A stretch of DNA of 64,000 nt, taken from assembly GCA_016188065.1 (NCBI GenBank), contig JACPIN010000002.1, positions 5,758 to 69,757 of the forward strand, written 5' to 3'. Source of the DNA: Candidatus Woesearchaeota archaeon (GTDB lineage Archaea; Nanobdellota; Nanobdellia; SCGC-AAA011-G17; ARS1403). Position 1 is the stretch's first letter. Every line of letters starts with the position of its first letter. The translations under genes and the position numbers were made by a program. The notes under the pieces are model-generated. The model was not told where the DNA came from, did no database searches, and was given only the letters and a program-made list of their open reading frames with translations. Below are positions 48,922 to 59,897 of the stretch, one piece after another.

Positions 48922-50131
48922 TTTGTTGGACTTTGTAGAAGGAGACTGGTATGTTAAGTTAGATGATAAACTAATCAAAGATCTGATTAACGGGTCTATT
49001 AATAAGTTGGGTAGTAGGAAGAATCTATCTAAATATTTAAGGATTAACGATAGTGCAATAAGTAGATGGTTAGGAAGAGATAAAAATAGAGATACAATGC
49101 CAAGTTATGATAATGTTAAAAAGTTATCTAGACTGAATAAGATTCCTCTAAGAGAGATTAAAAAGAAAATTTTAGGAATTAAATCAACTAGTGAGTCTAA
49201 TTTTTTAAGTATTACGAAGTTAAAATTAAGTCCCGAGTTAGTAAGAAGTATTTCTTTTATTATCGGTGATGGGGACTTAGGGAGAACACACGTACGGTTT
49301 TCTAATAGTGATAAATTATCTGTTAAAAGCGTTTTGACTGATCTTATAAATTCTTTTAATCTAAAGGTAAAGCCTTATTTTACCTTAACTTATCCAAGAC
49401 ACTTCAATCAAAATGAAGTCAAGGATTCAATAAAAGAATGGGAATTAGAATTGGGATATAAAATTAATAGAGTATATGAAAAACATATTACAAGTATTCT
49501 CGGAATTCCATTTAAATCTAAAAAAGAGTTTGTTGAGGTTTCATTTTTTTCACTAACTTTGCCCTTGATAATTAAAAAAATATTACCAATAGTCAAGCAG
49601 GAGTCATTAAGAAATAAATTTCTTGGTATCGGATACTTACAAGGGATTTATTCTTCAGAAGGAAGTATCAGTTATAGAAAAGAGAATCAGATGAGGATGA
49701 TACAGTTGAGTATGAAAAACAATGAGGAGGTTGCATATGTGAGTAAATTATTGGACTTCCTAAAAATTAGAAATTCTGGTGTGAAATTTTTTGAAAAAAG
49801 TAATTCGTGGTATATTACTATAAGTGGGAGAGAGAATATTGAGAGGAGTTTTGATATAGACATTTTTGGTATCAACTCTGGAAGAAAATTAAAGTTAGAA
49901 GAAGTGATAAAAGGTTATCAAAGATATCAAGTTTCTCCATTGAATAAAGATGTAAGATATCTACAAATTATTAAGATAATAGACAGGGATATCTTTGATT
50001 CTTTTGAAATCTCTAAAAAGTTAAATATGTCTCTTATAAGGACACAAATATTATTGAAAAAAGGGTTTGACGACGGTGTGTGGGATAGAACCTGGAACGG
50101 TAGTAAATTTTTATATGAAAAAAATCGATAG
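48908..50131 (+). CDS. HTH-LAGLIDADG endonuclease, free-standing
   Basis: N-terminal HTH (SAISRW); SFIIGDG and YLQGIYSSEG motifs. Confidence 0.8.
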   Translation: MKEINLLDFVEGDWYVKLDDKLIKDLINGSINKLGSRKNLSKYLRINDSAISRWLGRDKNRDTMPSYDNVKKLSRLNKIPLREIKKKILGIKSTSESNFLSITKLKLSPELVRSISFIIGDGDLGRTHVRFSNSDKLSVKSVLTDLINSFNLKVKPYFTLTYPRHFNQNEVKDSIKEWELELGYKINRVYEKHITSILGIPFKSKKEFVEVSFFSLTLPLIIKKILPIVKQESLRNKFLGIGYLQGIYSSEGSISYRKENQMRMIQLSMKNNEEVAYVSKLLDFLKIRNSGVKFFEKSNSWYITISGRENIERSFDIDIFGINSGRKLKLEEVIKGYQRYQVSPLNKDVRYLQIIKIIDRDIFDSFEISKKLNMSLIRTQILLKKGFDDGVWDRTWNGSKFLYEKNR

Positions 50132-50951
50132 ACTGAGATTTGGAACAGCAGGTATTCCTGTTTCAAGTAAAGGGGATACAATTCAAGGAATAGAGGATGT
50201 AAGGAAATTAAACTTAGACTCTATGGAATTAGAGTTTGTACATTCCATTAATGTTAAAGAAAATAAAACTGGTTTAGTCAAAGAAGTAGCAAAGAAAAAG
50301 GATATAATTCTTACCGCTCACGGCTCTTATTACATCAATTTAAATTCAGATGATAAGAAGAAAATAGAAGCATCTAAAAGAAGAATAATTGATGCAGCAA
50401 GAATACTATCTTTATGCAATGGGCATTCTATCTGCTATCATGCTGGCTTTTATGGAAATCAACACCCTGAAAAAGTATATTTGAAAATAAAGGAAGAAAT
50501 AAAAAATCTCGTCAAACATGTACGGGAATTTGATAAAGATTTATGGATCAGTCCTGAAGTAAGCGGAAAAGTTTCTCAGTTTGGAAGTGTGGATGAATTA
50601 ATAAAATTAAGCAATGATATTGAACAAGTGATGCCTTGTATAGATTTTAGCCACAATTTTTCAAGATCAATTGGTAAAGCAAACAAATTAGAGGATTTTA
50701 GAGAAATTTTAAACAAAATAAAAGATAATCTTGGAAAAGAATACTTAGAAAGAATGCACATCCATGTTGCAGGCATTGAATATGGAGAAAAAGGAGAGAA
50801 GAATCATCTTTTATTAAGCGAAAGTAAATTCAATTACAAAGACTTAATGAAGGCCTTAAAAGAATTTAAAGTAAAGGGTGTTTTAATTTGCGAAAGCCCA
50901 AATATTGAGGGAGATGCTCTGTTAATGAAAGATTATTACGAGAAAGTTTGA
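50115..50951 (+). CDS. nfo: endonuclease IV-like AP endonuclease (TIM barrel)
   Basis: LRFGTAG, HGSYYINL, PEVSGK, CIDFSH, ESPNIEGDAL. Confidence 0.88.
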   Translation: MKKIDRLRFGTAGIPVSSKGDTIQGIEDVRKLNLDSMELEFVHSINVKENKTGLVKEVAKKKDIILTAHGSYYINLNSDDKKKIEASKRRIIDAARILSLCNGHSICYHAGFYGNQHPEKVYLKIKEEIKNLVKHVREFDKDLWISPEVSGKVSQFGSVDELIKLSNDIEQVMPCIDFSHNFSRSIGKANKLEDFREILNKIKDNLGKEYLERMHIHVAGIEYGEKGEKNHLLLSESKFNYKDLMKALKEFKVKGVLICESPNIEGDALLMKDYYEKV

Positions 50952-52249
50952 TCAGCAAGCCATCTTCTAATCTTCATTTTTCTCAAATATCTCTTATGAA
51001 GCTTTATGCTTCCTTTGATTATCTTGTTCGATCTTTTTCTGGTTTTCACATCAATTTTATCAGAAGTAAACGGGTTCACAAAATCTCCCTTTCCAACATA
51101 AGGCTCAGGCAGTGAATATTTTCTAAAGAGAGCATTCATATAGTCTTCAAATCCATAGTAAAAGTCGAGTCTTCTTCGCAGCTCAGGCATAATTGCTTCT
51201 CCAAATCTTTTAATTTCAGAATAATAAGGATATATTGAATCTCCAGCAATTGATAACATTTCGCTTAAATTCGCCCAGTCAGCTAAACCATCGACGTCCT
51301 CAATGGTGGCAGGATCATCATTATCTGCCTTAAGCAAAAATCTCAATCCGGTTCTGTTTTCAACAGCTCTGTAAATTGCTTTTGGGTTAACTGGAAATGG
51401 CTTGCCGTTTTTTCTCAATACATGCCGCAGCATTTGTAAATTATATATCATGCCAAAATCTTTTAAGGTTGAAAATCCGGTTATAGGATCAGGAAACAGA
51501 ATGTCAAAAATTTTTTCTTTCCTGCTTTTGCCTTTATTTCCATGGGCCTTTCTGCTGTCATAAACCATATCCCATATCGGCTCTTCCAATCCAAGATTTT
51601 CTGAAAGCTCGTTAATCTTTCTAATATTTGCAAGTAAAATCTGCGGTTCTTTGAAAAGAAGGTATCTCCCTCTGTAGAATATTTTAGCATGATGTTTCCT
51701 AGGCCAGCATCTCCCAGTTTTCCTTCTTGTATTCACATCTGCAATTAAATCAGATTTTCCAATATCCCTATCAACTAGAATCCTGTCAAAATCATATTTC
51801 AAAGGGGTATCTCCCATTAAAATTAAAACAAGCTCGTCACTTTCTGGAGATAAGCTTTTCATTCCATTTTCAATAGTTTTGGAAAATTTCCACTCTTTGC
51901 CTTCTGAACTGTAAGTTATTTTACTATCATTGAAATAATCTTTTAAGAATTCTGCATTAGTTCTAGTAGTTTCATCACCTACAACAGCTATGTTTTCCAG
52001 CTCGCTTCTGGAAGTATTCAGCATAGCAAAGCTTATCATGGGTACAGAAGAATTCATCAATCCCCCAATAGGCATTGGGAAATTAAACTTTGTAACTTTA
52101 TGCTGGTTTCTGTTTCTTAAAAATAAGTGTGTAGGAAGGTAATAGCCGCTCTTCACTTCTTTTTCATACTGCCTTCTTACTTTCTCTTCAAAGTTTCCAT
52201 CGTCATCATAGCTTGCAGTTATTATTGCCTTAGTTATTCTTTCCTGCAT
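50936..52249 (-). CDS. GT-A fold nucleotidyltransferase-like protein
   Basis: PMISFAM, AVVGD, ILMGDTPL, EDVDGLADW resemble MobA/NTP transferases. Confidence 0.55.
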   Translation of the reverse strand: MQERITKAIITASYDDDGNFEEKVRRQYEKEVKSGYYLPTHLFLRNRNQHKVTKFNFPMPIGGLMNSSVPMISFAMLNTSRSELENIAVVGDETTRTNAEFLKDYFNDSKITYSSEGKEWKFSKTIENGMKSLSPESDELVLILMGDTPLKYDFDRILVDRDIGKSDLIADVNTRRKTGRCWPRKHHAKIFYRGRYLLFKEPQILLANIRKINELSENLGLEEPIWDMVYDSRKAHGNKGKSRKEKIFDILFPDPITGFSTLKDFGMIYNLQMLRHVLRKNGKPFPVNPKAIYRAVENRTGLRFLLKADNDDPATIEDVDGLADWANLSEMLSIAGDSIYPYYSEIKRFGEAIMPELRRRLDFYYGFEDYMNALFRKYSLPEPYVGKGDFVNPFTSDKIDVKTRKRSNKIIKGSIKLHKRYLRKMKIRRWLADQTFS

Positions 52250-52288
52250 AATTTAGTTTAGCCAAAATAGTTTTTAAGCTTTTTTATC

Positions 52289-53203
52289 CTAAGGCTTTTT
52301 TATTTTTGCTATAAAGAAACCTTCGCTGTTATTATCCTGCGGCCATATCCTCAAGCATTTTTTAATTTCAGAATTGTATTTTTTCCCTTCAAATTCTAGA
52401 ACCGGAGTAGAAGATTTTAAGTTTTGAAGAGACGCTTTTTCAAGTCTGGCATCTGTCTTTTCCAGAAGACAATCTACAACGTTCTCATTTTCCTCAGGCT
52501 CCAATGAGCATGTTGAGTAAACTAAACTTCCTCCTCTTTTCAGCAGAGAATATGCTTTCAGGATCATCCTTTTCTGTTGATAACTTAGCTTCTTAATCAT
52601 TCCCGTATTGTAGATTTTTAAGGTGTCAGGAGATTTTTGTAGAGTGCCTGTGCCAGAACAGGGAGCATCTAAAAGAATCTTGTCAAATTTTACATCTGGA
52701 AAAAATTCCCCTTTGTAAATTGTTATTATTGTATTTGAAACTCCGCATCTTTGAAGATTCATTGAAAGGGCCTTTATCCTATCCCATTTAATGTCATTGG
52801 CAATTATTGCCCCTCTGTTTTTCATTAAGGAAGCTAGCTGTGTAGTCTTTGAACCTGGGGCTGCAGACATATCCAAAACCAAATCCTCTTCTTCTGGATC
52901 TAAAATTAATGCTGGGATCATTGAGGCAGCTTCCTGCACATAAAAATATCCGAGAAAATGTTCTCTCAGATTTCCAACTGCGGTTTCTCTCCTTTCAATG
53001 TAGAACCCTTCATCACACCATGGAACATTCTTCAGTCCGGAAATTTTAGACTCTAATTTTTTTACAGAAATCTTTATTGTGTTGACACGAATTGATTTTC
53101 TGGCTGGCTGGCTTATCGCTTCCTGGAATTCCTTAAAGTCAGTAAGCCCGGTATACCTTTCAATAAATTTTTCCTTGAATTCCATGGGGTTATTGCTCTT
53201 CAA
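52289..53203 (-). CDS. RsmB/NOP2 RNA m5C methyltransferase
   Basis: DMSAAPGSKT, LLDAPCSGTG, YSTCSLEPEENE. Confidence 0.93.
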   Translation of the reverse strand: MKSNNPMEFKEKFIERYTGLTDFKEFQEAISQPARKSIRVNTIKISVKKLESKISGLKNVPWCDEGFYIERRETAVGNLREHFLGYFYVQEAASMIPALILDPEEEDLVLDMSAAPGSKTTQLASLMKNRGAIIANDIKWDRIKALSMNLQRCGVSNTIITIYKGEFFPDVKFDKILLDAPCSGTGTLQKSPDTLKIYNTGMIKKLSYQQKRMILKAYSLLKRGGSLVYSTCSLEPEENENVVDCLLEKTDARLEKASLQNLKSSTPVLEFEGKKYNSEIKKCLRIWPQDNNSEGFFIAKIKKP

Positions 53204-53840
53204 ATTTTTTATACTTAATATTGTTATAGATAAACAGCAGAATTCTTAAAGCTATTTCTAATAGCACTATAAAAAATAAATAATAAACTATTGTCTTCCA
53301 CATCAGGGGGATGGATTTTACTGCCAATAGTGCAGACTCAAGAGAAAAATAAGAAAGCCCAACGACTAAAAATATACCTAATAATGTTAATGGAAGAGTT
53401 TTTGCTATCTCTCTAGCCAATTCTTCACTGTAATAAGAAGCGATTCTTGTAGTTGCAACTATTGCCATCGAAAATAAAAATAATACGCTAGTCGACTGAT
53501 TTTCCGACATGAAAATAAGCAACATTGAAAAGAAAATGAACCAGATAAAGGTTAACAGCGGGAAAATAATTATATGTTCAAGGATATAGAACAGGAATAC
53601 AATCCCTTCCTTCATATCCTCCCATCTTGACCTGCTATATTCAGCAAGATTCAGCTTGAAAATATCCCTCTTAGCTATGAACTTATAGAACTTGAAAATA
53701 AAAATAGAATAAATGACCATCCCAATTACAAATACAACCAAGGGCTTAGCGACTCGGATTGCTTCTTCAATAGACAAGGAACTTTTCACTAAACCAAGCA
53801 TAGATTGAAATGTCACACTAACAAAAATAATCTCCATCAA
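53190..53840 (-). CDS. multi-pass membrane protein
   Basis: About five hydrophobic segments. Confidence 0.7.
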   Translation of the reverse strand: MMEIIFVSVTFQSMLGLVKSSLSIEEAIRVAKPLVVFVIGMVIYSIFIFKFYKFIAKRDIFKLNLAEYSRSRWEDMKEGIVFLFYILEHIIIFPLLTFIWFIFFSMLLIFMSENQSTSVLFLFSMAIVATTRIASYYSEELAREIAKTLPLTLLGIFLVVGLSYFSLESALLAVKSIPLMWKTIVYYLFFIVLLEIALRILLFIYNNIKYKKFEEQ

Positions 53841-53977
53841 TATAAATTTTGCGCTTATTACTCTTGAAAGTTATAAAAATTTAAATAAAAAATATGAAGC
53901 ATTGTCCAACCCCTCTTAGCTTAAGTCCATGGATAAGCTTATTAAATTGCCTTATATGTCTTCTATTAGTGATAATT

Positions 53978-54388
53978 ATGGATCTAACCAAAAATTTTCC
54001 GAGAAGCCCTTATGACATGCTTGTAGGAATTGTGATGCTTCCAAGAACAATTGACAAGTGCAGAGCGACTATTGCTGGAACTAATGGAGAATATCACTAT
54101 GGTTGTCCAATGGACGCTCCTGTTTTAAAATTTCTAGATGTATCAAAAGAAGAATTTATGAAAAAGGTCAAAGAGTTAAAAACTGACGATGCTATTGAAA
54201 AATTGGTCAATGGTAAATTAGCTGCTAAAAATAAAAAAGATATTGCGAAGTTCAACAATGAAATGAGGCACATGAAGCCGAATGATGAATCAAGCAGAAA
54301 ATGGCTTGAGTCTGAGAAAAATAGACTCGGAAGAAATGACTACTTCACTTACTTTGACAATCTAGATGCGGATGAAGGCAGGTTTTGA
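53978..54388 (+). CDS. DUF5069-family protein
   Basis: FPRSPY, LPRTIDKCRA, GEYHYGCPMD, DADEGRF. Confidence 0.8.
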   Translation: MDLTKNFPRSPYDMLVGIVMLPRTIDKCRATIAGTNGEYHYGCPMDAPVLKFLDVSKEEFMKKVKELKTDDAIEKLVNGKLAAKNKKDIAKFNNEMRHMKPNDESSRKWLESEKNRLGRNDYFTYFDNLDADEGRF

Positions 54389-54423
54389 TTAGATTTAAAT
54401 ATTATCTTTGATTACTACAGCTT

Positions 54424-56358
54424 ATGTTGTTGAAAAGGCTGATGAAAAGAAAACTGCTTTTTATTTCTTTACTAATTGCAATTACACTAATTACAGTTTT
54501 CTTAGGAGCAAAATTTTATCTTCTAATAAATTTCCTTTCAGGAAACGACACAGTAATTAAAGTAAGCTCAGATAAGGAATATTTATTTTTGAGGCATGGT
54601 CAACAAGGTGAAATAAGCCTGGAGGCAAAGGTAACAACAAATCCCTTTTGCTCAGCATCATGCAATGTTAAATTGCTAGACCTTGAAAAGATGGATCTCA
54701 TCGACTCTGATGATTTTTCTTTAAAACCCGGCAATCCATTCAAGAAATCCTATATAATCTTAGCTGATAAACTTGGAAGCGGCAAGAAGTTCTATAGGTT
54801 TGATGTTGAATGCACAAGCGCAGGCGGGCTTTTATGCCACAGCGACAGGGAGCCAACAATAAGAAATTTATTAATAACTTCGGAATATGGGTTAAATGAA
54901 GTTGAAGGGGAAAACAAAAAAGAATTCGAAGAAAAAGCCAGAAGCCTTGTAAAAGAAATTAATGAAATTGAGCATGAATTATCTCTCTTAAAAGATGCTG
55001 TAAATAAGCTAAATCAAACAGTTGTTGCAGAATATGATTTTGAATTTGATTTGGAAGATCTTTTATACGATATTAAAGTTCTTGCAATTAGCGAATATTA
55101 TTATACAGAGCTAGATTCGTTAGCAGAGTCGGAAATGAGTTTTAGCAATGTTAAAGAAAAAGTTCCAGATATTAATATTAGTGTCAGCCAGGATGTTTCT
55201 GTCTATAACTCATTGATTGAAGATTTGGAATTTTCAGAAAGCAAATTAAGCAATCTAACAAACTTGACTTTTCCTATAGGCGATGCAATAAGAATAAATT
55301 TGTTTATTGGCGAGTTTAATTCTGTCGCCAAAGCATTCGAGGAAAGGGATCATCTTGAAAACAAGTCTTTTTTGGTTAAATTTTTTAGAGACAGGCTGGA
55401 GAAAAGTGTATTCTTAGAAGAAGAAAATGGAACTAAGGTTGATGCAGTCATAGAAAAAATAAAATTTCAGAAAATTGAGTTTATGAATATCCCCCCAGAC
55501 GAAATTAAAATTGAGTTTGCAGACATAATCAAAAAATGCACAATAAATAATGTAACAAGCCAATGCAGCGATGGGGAAAATCCGGTTGTCTTTTTGCACG
55601 GGCATTCTGTTACAAAAGATGCTCCATTGGAATATAGCCTGGAAGGCTTTGGTTTTCTGCAGAAAAAATTAGACGAAGAGGGATACATAAACGCTGGAGC
55701 AATTACCCTATATGCGGGAAAAAATGTCCCTGCAGGGATATGGAACGTTCATACTCCCTTATCCATAAGAGCAAGCTATTACTTTGATTTTTTTGAAGAG
55801 CCTGAAAATTACCGTGTTGTACTGGCAAAAAGCGAGAATATAGACACATATGCAGTCAGATTAAAAGAAGTTTTTGATAATATAAGGTACAGAACAGGTA
55901 GGGATAAAATAAATGTGATAGCATTCAGCATGGGCGGCTTAGTTATCAGAAGGCATATGCAGCTGTTTGGGAGTGAAGGGTTTGACAAAGTCATCTTAAT
56001 AGGGGTGCCAAATAAAGGAATTAGCGGTGATGTCTCTACACTATGCCCATTAATCGGTGGAGAAAAAAGAGAATGCGAAGACATGAATTCAAATAGTTTG
56101 TTTATGCAGAAATTAAACCGTGATGAACTTCCAGATAATATCTATAATATTTATGGAACAGGATGTGAAATGGCTGAAGGTATTGGTGACGGGATTGTGT
56201 TGGAAGAAAAGGCAAAATTAGATATTGAGAAAAACTTTGTTATCAATGGAATTTGCAGAGGAAAATTCCAGCCGCTGCATTTAGATTTATTAAAAATAGA
56301 TATGTATCCAGAAATTTATGAAACAATCAAAAATATACTAGAAGAAAAATCAGTTTAA
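54424..56358 (+). CDS. membrane-anchored protein with C-terminal alpha/beta hydrolase domain
   Basis: N-terminal TM; VFLHGH, AFSMGG nucleophile elbow, GDGIV, H. Confidence 0.8.
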   Translation: MLLKRLMKRKLLFISLLIAITLITVFLGAKFYLLINFLSGNDTVIKVSSDKEYLFLRHGQQGEISLEAKVTTNPFCSASCNVKLLDLEKMDLIDSDDFSLKPGNPFKKSYIILADKLGSGKKFYRFDVECTSAGGLLCHSDREPTIRNLLITSEYGLNEVEGENKKEFEEKARSLVKEINEIEHELSLLKDAVNKLNQTVVAEYDFEFDLEDLLYDIKVLAISEYYYTELDSLAESEMSFSNVKEKVPDINISVSQDVSVYNSLIEDLEFSESKLSNLTNLTFPIGDAIRINLFIGEFNSVAKAFEERDHLENKSFLVKFFRDRLEKSVFLEEENGTKVDAVIEKIKFQKIEFMNIPPDEIKIEFADIIKKCTINNVTSQCSDGENPVVFLHGHSVTKDAPLEYSLEGFGFLQKKLDEEGYINAGAITLYAGKNVPAGIWNVHTPLSIRASYYFDFFEEPENYRVVLAKSENIDTYAVRLKEVFDNIRYRTGRDKINVIAFSMGGLVIRRHMQLFGSEGFDKVILIGVPNKGISGDVSTLCPLIGGEKRECEDMNSNSLFMQKLNRDELPDNIYNIYGTGCEMAEGIGDGIVLEEKAKLDIEKNFVINGICRGKFQPLHLDLLKIDMYPEIYETIKNILEEKSV

Positions 56359-56630
56359 ACTTTTTAAATAATGTGAATAAAATTGCGATTACCTGGGTTG
56401 TTAAGTTGTCTGGATATGGAATAATGGTTTTTCAACATACTCTTTATTTTATATCTTAGATTATAAGAATCTTTAATAATCTTCTAAATACTTCTATTCT
56501 ATGGGTTTTTGGGAAAAAATTAACCAATTTCATAAAGAAGTGACCATTAGGGTAATGGTAATTATGCAGTAGAATCTGAAAATTTAGAAGCAGAAGTCGA
56601 AGATAAAAAATTGATAATTGAGAAGGATTA

Positions 56631-56909
56631 ATGAAAAAAATAATTTTATTTTGGATCTTATTTGTTGTTTTAATTAGTGGTTGTTCTCAACAGCAAGTAT
56701 CACAAATTAAAAATCCTCAAATTTCTTTAACTTTAGAGAAAAAAGAAGAAGTTTGTAAGGATATTCAAGCATATCTTGATTATTGTTATATGACCAGAAT
56801 TAACGCTGAAACTTGTGGAGAACAAATTGTTGAAAAAACTATGAGAATCTATGAATTAACTGCCAATCAAGTTATAGAAGTATTAAATTATTGTGATAAT
56901 AGGAGTTAA
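56631..56909 (+). CDS. putative lipoprotein
   Basis: MKK + hydrophobic stretch + ISGC. Confidence 0.6.
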   Translation: MKKIILFWILFVVLISGCSQQQVSQIKNPQISLTLEKKEEVCKDIQAYLDYCYMTRINAETCGEQIVEKTMRIYELTANQVIEVLNYCDNRS

Positions 56910-56910
56910 G

Positions 56911-57312
56911 ATGGAAGAATACATTAATCCCATATTCCAAAAAGAGAAAGAAAAATTTGAAGAAATGAAAAAAGAAGCTAAGAAGCGGCTTGATAAAGAG
57001 ATTAATAGTCTAAAAATATCTAAATTTGATAAAGGGATAAGAGAAGAGATTAGGAGGTTATTAAGAGATAAAAAACTTGTTCTAAAAATGATTGAATTAG
57101 ACTTTCAAAAGCTTAGGCAAGTTAATCTTCCTAAAAGACTTAAATCTTTAGATAGAATAGACTCTCAAATGAGATATTATATAAGTCTAGGACAAGTAAT
57201 GAAACAGAATAGAACAAATTGTTTACTTGCCTTTATAGCCTTAATGAACCTTATATTCGTTGGTATCCAGATATATTTTGGATATTTAGCATTTAAAACA
57301 GGAGGCACTTAA
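56911..57312 (+). CDS. hypothetical protein with C-terminal TM
   Basis: AGGAG then ATG 56911. Confidence 0.55.
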   Translation: MEEYINPIFQKEKEKFEEMKKEAKKRLDKEINSLKISKFDKGIREEIRRLLRDKKLVLKMIELDFQKLRQVNLPKRLKSLDRIDSQMRYYISLGQVMKQNRTNCLLAFIALMNLIFVGIQIYFGYLAFKTGGT

Positions 57313-57394
57313 TTTTTTTAGATGATTATATCCAAAAGACTTACCAACTCACGGTTGCTAAATGCTTATAAATAGGAAATTTTAAATCCCCCCC

Positions 57395-57784
57395 ATGTTG
57401 AATGCTCATATTTTACTTGAAAGAAGAGGAGAAACTATTTTAGAAGGCCTTATCGAATTTGAGGATTTTGGCGAGCCGTTGAATCTTTACTTGGATGTCT
57501 TAGAAGAATTTGAAACCGTTAAAGGCCACTACGATGGGCTTATAGGATCTTTTCGTAGAACTTTAGTAGCTGCAGATAAAGAATCTTTATTTAATTGCAT
57601 TAGGACTTTAAGAGATATAGCTAATCACCCTTCAGTTATTTCTCAATCTCGCTTGGGCAGTTTAGTTGATGATGAGAACTTAATATCTTATGAGAAGAGC
57701 TTAATGTATCATTTGCATAAATTAAGAAGAGAAACTGAGGGGTATATAAAAGAATTTGGAGCCAAGGTTCCTTATAGTCTTTGA
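57395..57784 (+). CDS. hypothetical protein (possible HEPN-like RxxxxH)
   Basis: IRTLRDIANHP. Confidence 0.5.
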   Translation: MLNAHILLERRGETILEGLIEFEDFGEPLNLYLDVLEEFETVKGHYDGLIGSFRRTLVAADKESLFNCIRTLRDIANHPSVISQSRLGSLVDDENLISYEKSLMYHLHKLRRETEGYIKEFGAKVPYSL

Positions 57785-57844
57785 AATCAAAATATATGGT
57801 TGTATATAGAAATATTTAAAAAATCTATTTCCTGAAATTATATA

Positions 57845-58426
57845 ATGAATCTAGAAGAAATTGTTAAAGGGCTTGGAGGGATTGCTTTAATTGTTGGCGG
57901 AGTTGCAGGAATAACTCTAATTATGGGCGGGGCACTTAGTCCGCTTGTTCATTCTGTTGCTGGTACTGCTAAAAGAAAAAGAGAAGAGCAAAAAGAATTT
58001 GTTAAGAAATGGAATTTAATTGATTACTATCACTTAAGGAATGAAGAAGACATTTCTTTATATAGGATTGGTCAGTTAGCAAAAATATTTGAAAACCCAT
58101 CTCAAAGAGGTTACGATGAAAAAGATCTGCCTACTACCCTTGAAGATTACATTCCTGAAATAGCTCAAGAATCTGGATACTTCAAATCAGATAGCACTGA
58201 AACTGATGCTTTTAGACGATTTTTAGGAGATGAGAGAACTAAGGCTTGGTTAACGGATCCCGACTATGTAATTTCTGATAATGAATTTAACAGGAAGACT
58301 TCTTATTTTGCGCACTTAGTCGACACTTATAAAGGTTTAGGAACAATAATCGGCTCACTTATTTTAAGGAAAAATTGGCATATATTAAAAGGAAAAGAAG
58401 CGATAATTAATTCTTACTATATTTAA
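57845..58426 (+). CDS. hypothetical membrane-anchored protein
   Basis: N-terminal hydrophobic segment. Confidence 0.55.
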   Translation: MNLEEIVKGLGGIALIVGGVAGITLIMGGALSPLVHSVAGTAKRKREEQKEFVKKWNLIDYYHLRNEEDISLYRIGQLAKIFENPSQRGYDEKDLPTTLEDYIPEIAQESGYFKSDSTETDAFRRFLGDERTKAWLTDPDYVISDNEFNRKTSYFAHLVDTYKGLGTIIGSLILRKNWHILKGKEAIINSYYI

Positions 58427-58507
58427 AAAGGATAAATAAGAAAGTTTCAGGTGACATATGTGCCATATACCCGTAAGGTATTTATTAACTGATTAGAACT
58501 TATTTCT

Positions 58508-59158
58508 ATGAAATCGTTAAAAGTAAAGGAATCGGAATTAGTTGGTATAATCTTAGGAGATGGGCATTTATCTAAACATACTTATGGGATTATAGTCACT
58601 GGTGGAAAAGGAGATTTTGATTACATTACTAAATATATCCCCGGATTATTTGAACAGCTTTTCTCTAAAAAGCCCAGTATTCGTTATATAAAAGGAAATT
58701 TAGGTGGAGGAATACAATCTGTATTTTACTCAAAAAAGGTTTTTAACTATATGATTAAGACTTATGGGTTAAAATATGGTAAGAAATTTGATATGCAGAT
58801 TCCGGAACTATTTTTTAGGAATAAGAAATTATTGAAGTCTTGCATGAGGGGTTTGTTTGATACCGATGGAGGAATTTACAGGCATCACAAGAATTCTATT
58901 CAAATTGTGTTTTATAATAGTGATTACTCTTTGATTAAATCTGTTTTTGACGGTTTAAGATTACTAGGTTATAATCCAAAAATTTGCTATGAAAAAAGGG
59001 GAAAATATCATGTGGATTTATTTACTGAGGATTCTAGGAGATTTGTTGAAAAGATAGGATTTAGTAGTCCGAAAAATAAATTAAAATACGGGTTCTGGTT
59101 AAAGAATGGAAGAGTTCCTAAAAACTCAGAAATAACAAATGCGGTAGCTGAGAATTGA
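58508..59158 (+). CDS. free-standing LAGLIDADG endonuclease
   Basis: ELVGIILGDGH and MRGLFDTDGG; stop lies inside tRNA-Gly. Confidence 0.88.
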   Translation: MKSLKVKESELVGIILGDGHLSKHTYGIIVTGGKGDFDYITKYIPGLFEQLFSKKPSIRYIKGNLGGGIQSVFYSKKVFNYMIKTYGLKYGKKFDMQIPELFFRNKKLLKSCMRGLFDTDGGIYRHHKNSIQIVFYNSDYSLIKSVFDGLRLLGYNPKICYEKRGKYHVDLFTEDSRRFVEKIGFSSPKNKLKYGFWLKNGRVPKNSEITNAVAEN

Positions 59159-59211
59159 ACTCAGGTTTGAACGTTGGCAACGTCCTGTACTAACCACTAT
59201 ACTACTACCGC
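59140..59211 (-). tRNA. tRNA-Gly(GCC)
   Basis: GCGGTAG/CTACCGC acceptor stem, TT-GCC-AA loop. Confidence 0.93.
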
Positions 59212-59264
59212 ATATAAATAAAATTAGAAAATCCCTATTTAAAGATTATGAAAACTTTAATGCT

Positions 59265-59855
59265 TCACTTCTTTACAAGAAAGGTTATATTTTTACCCCA
59301 AAAATTTGATTTCAGTATTTTGAAATTATTTTCTTTCAGCGTTTTTTTCAGTTTGAAGTATCCAATGAAATGATAGTAGCGATAAAATGTTTGTTTTTTT
59401 TGTTTCCAGGGGATATAAGTTTCTTTCCTCTCGAATAAAAATTTTAACTGCAGCTTATTCCAGACAGTAATAAAAGCTTCTCCTCCAGGCTTCAAGACTC
59501 GATATACCTTTTTAACGGCCATTTCTGGATTTTTTAAGTGATGCAAAACTGCAACAGCCAAAACATAATCAAACATTTCATTTTTGAAGGGTAGTTTTTC
59601 TGCTGAAGAATGCTTTAATTTAACTTTGAAATTATTTTTTTGTGAAAATCTTTTGGCCTGCTCAAGCATTTTATTGGAGAAATCTACTCCATAGCAATCA
59701 AAGTTTTTGAACGGCAGCAAATTTCTGCAATTACCGCATCCAATGTCAAGAATTTTTCCTTTTCTCCACTCTAATTTCTTTAATTCTTTTAACGGCTTTT
59801 GCCTAAAATTATTCCAGCTTAGTGCTATTTGATCCCAGATTTGTTGCTGATTCAT
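59265..59855 (-). CDS. class I SAM-dependent methyltransferase
   Basis: ILDIGCGNCRN, VLKPGG. Confidence 0.88.
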   Translation of the reverse strand: MNQQQIWDQIALSWNNFRQKPLKELKKLEWRKGKILDIGCGNCRNLLPFKNFDCYGVDFSNKMLEQAKRFSQKNNFKVKLKHSSAEKLPFKNEMFDYVLAVAVLHHLKNPEMAVKKVYRVLKPGGEAFITVWNKLQLKFLFERKETYIPWKQKKQTFYRYYHFIGYFKLKKTLKENNFKILKSNFWGKNITFLVKK

Positions 59856-59897
59856 CTTGAAGAAGAGTTTTTAAATGCTTATAAATATTGTTTAGTT

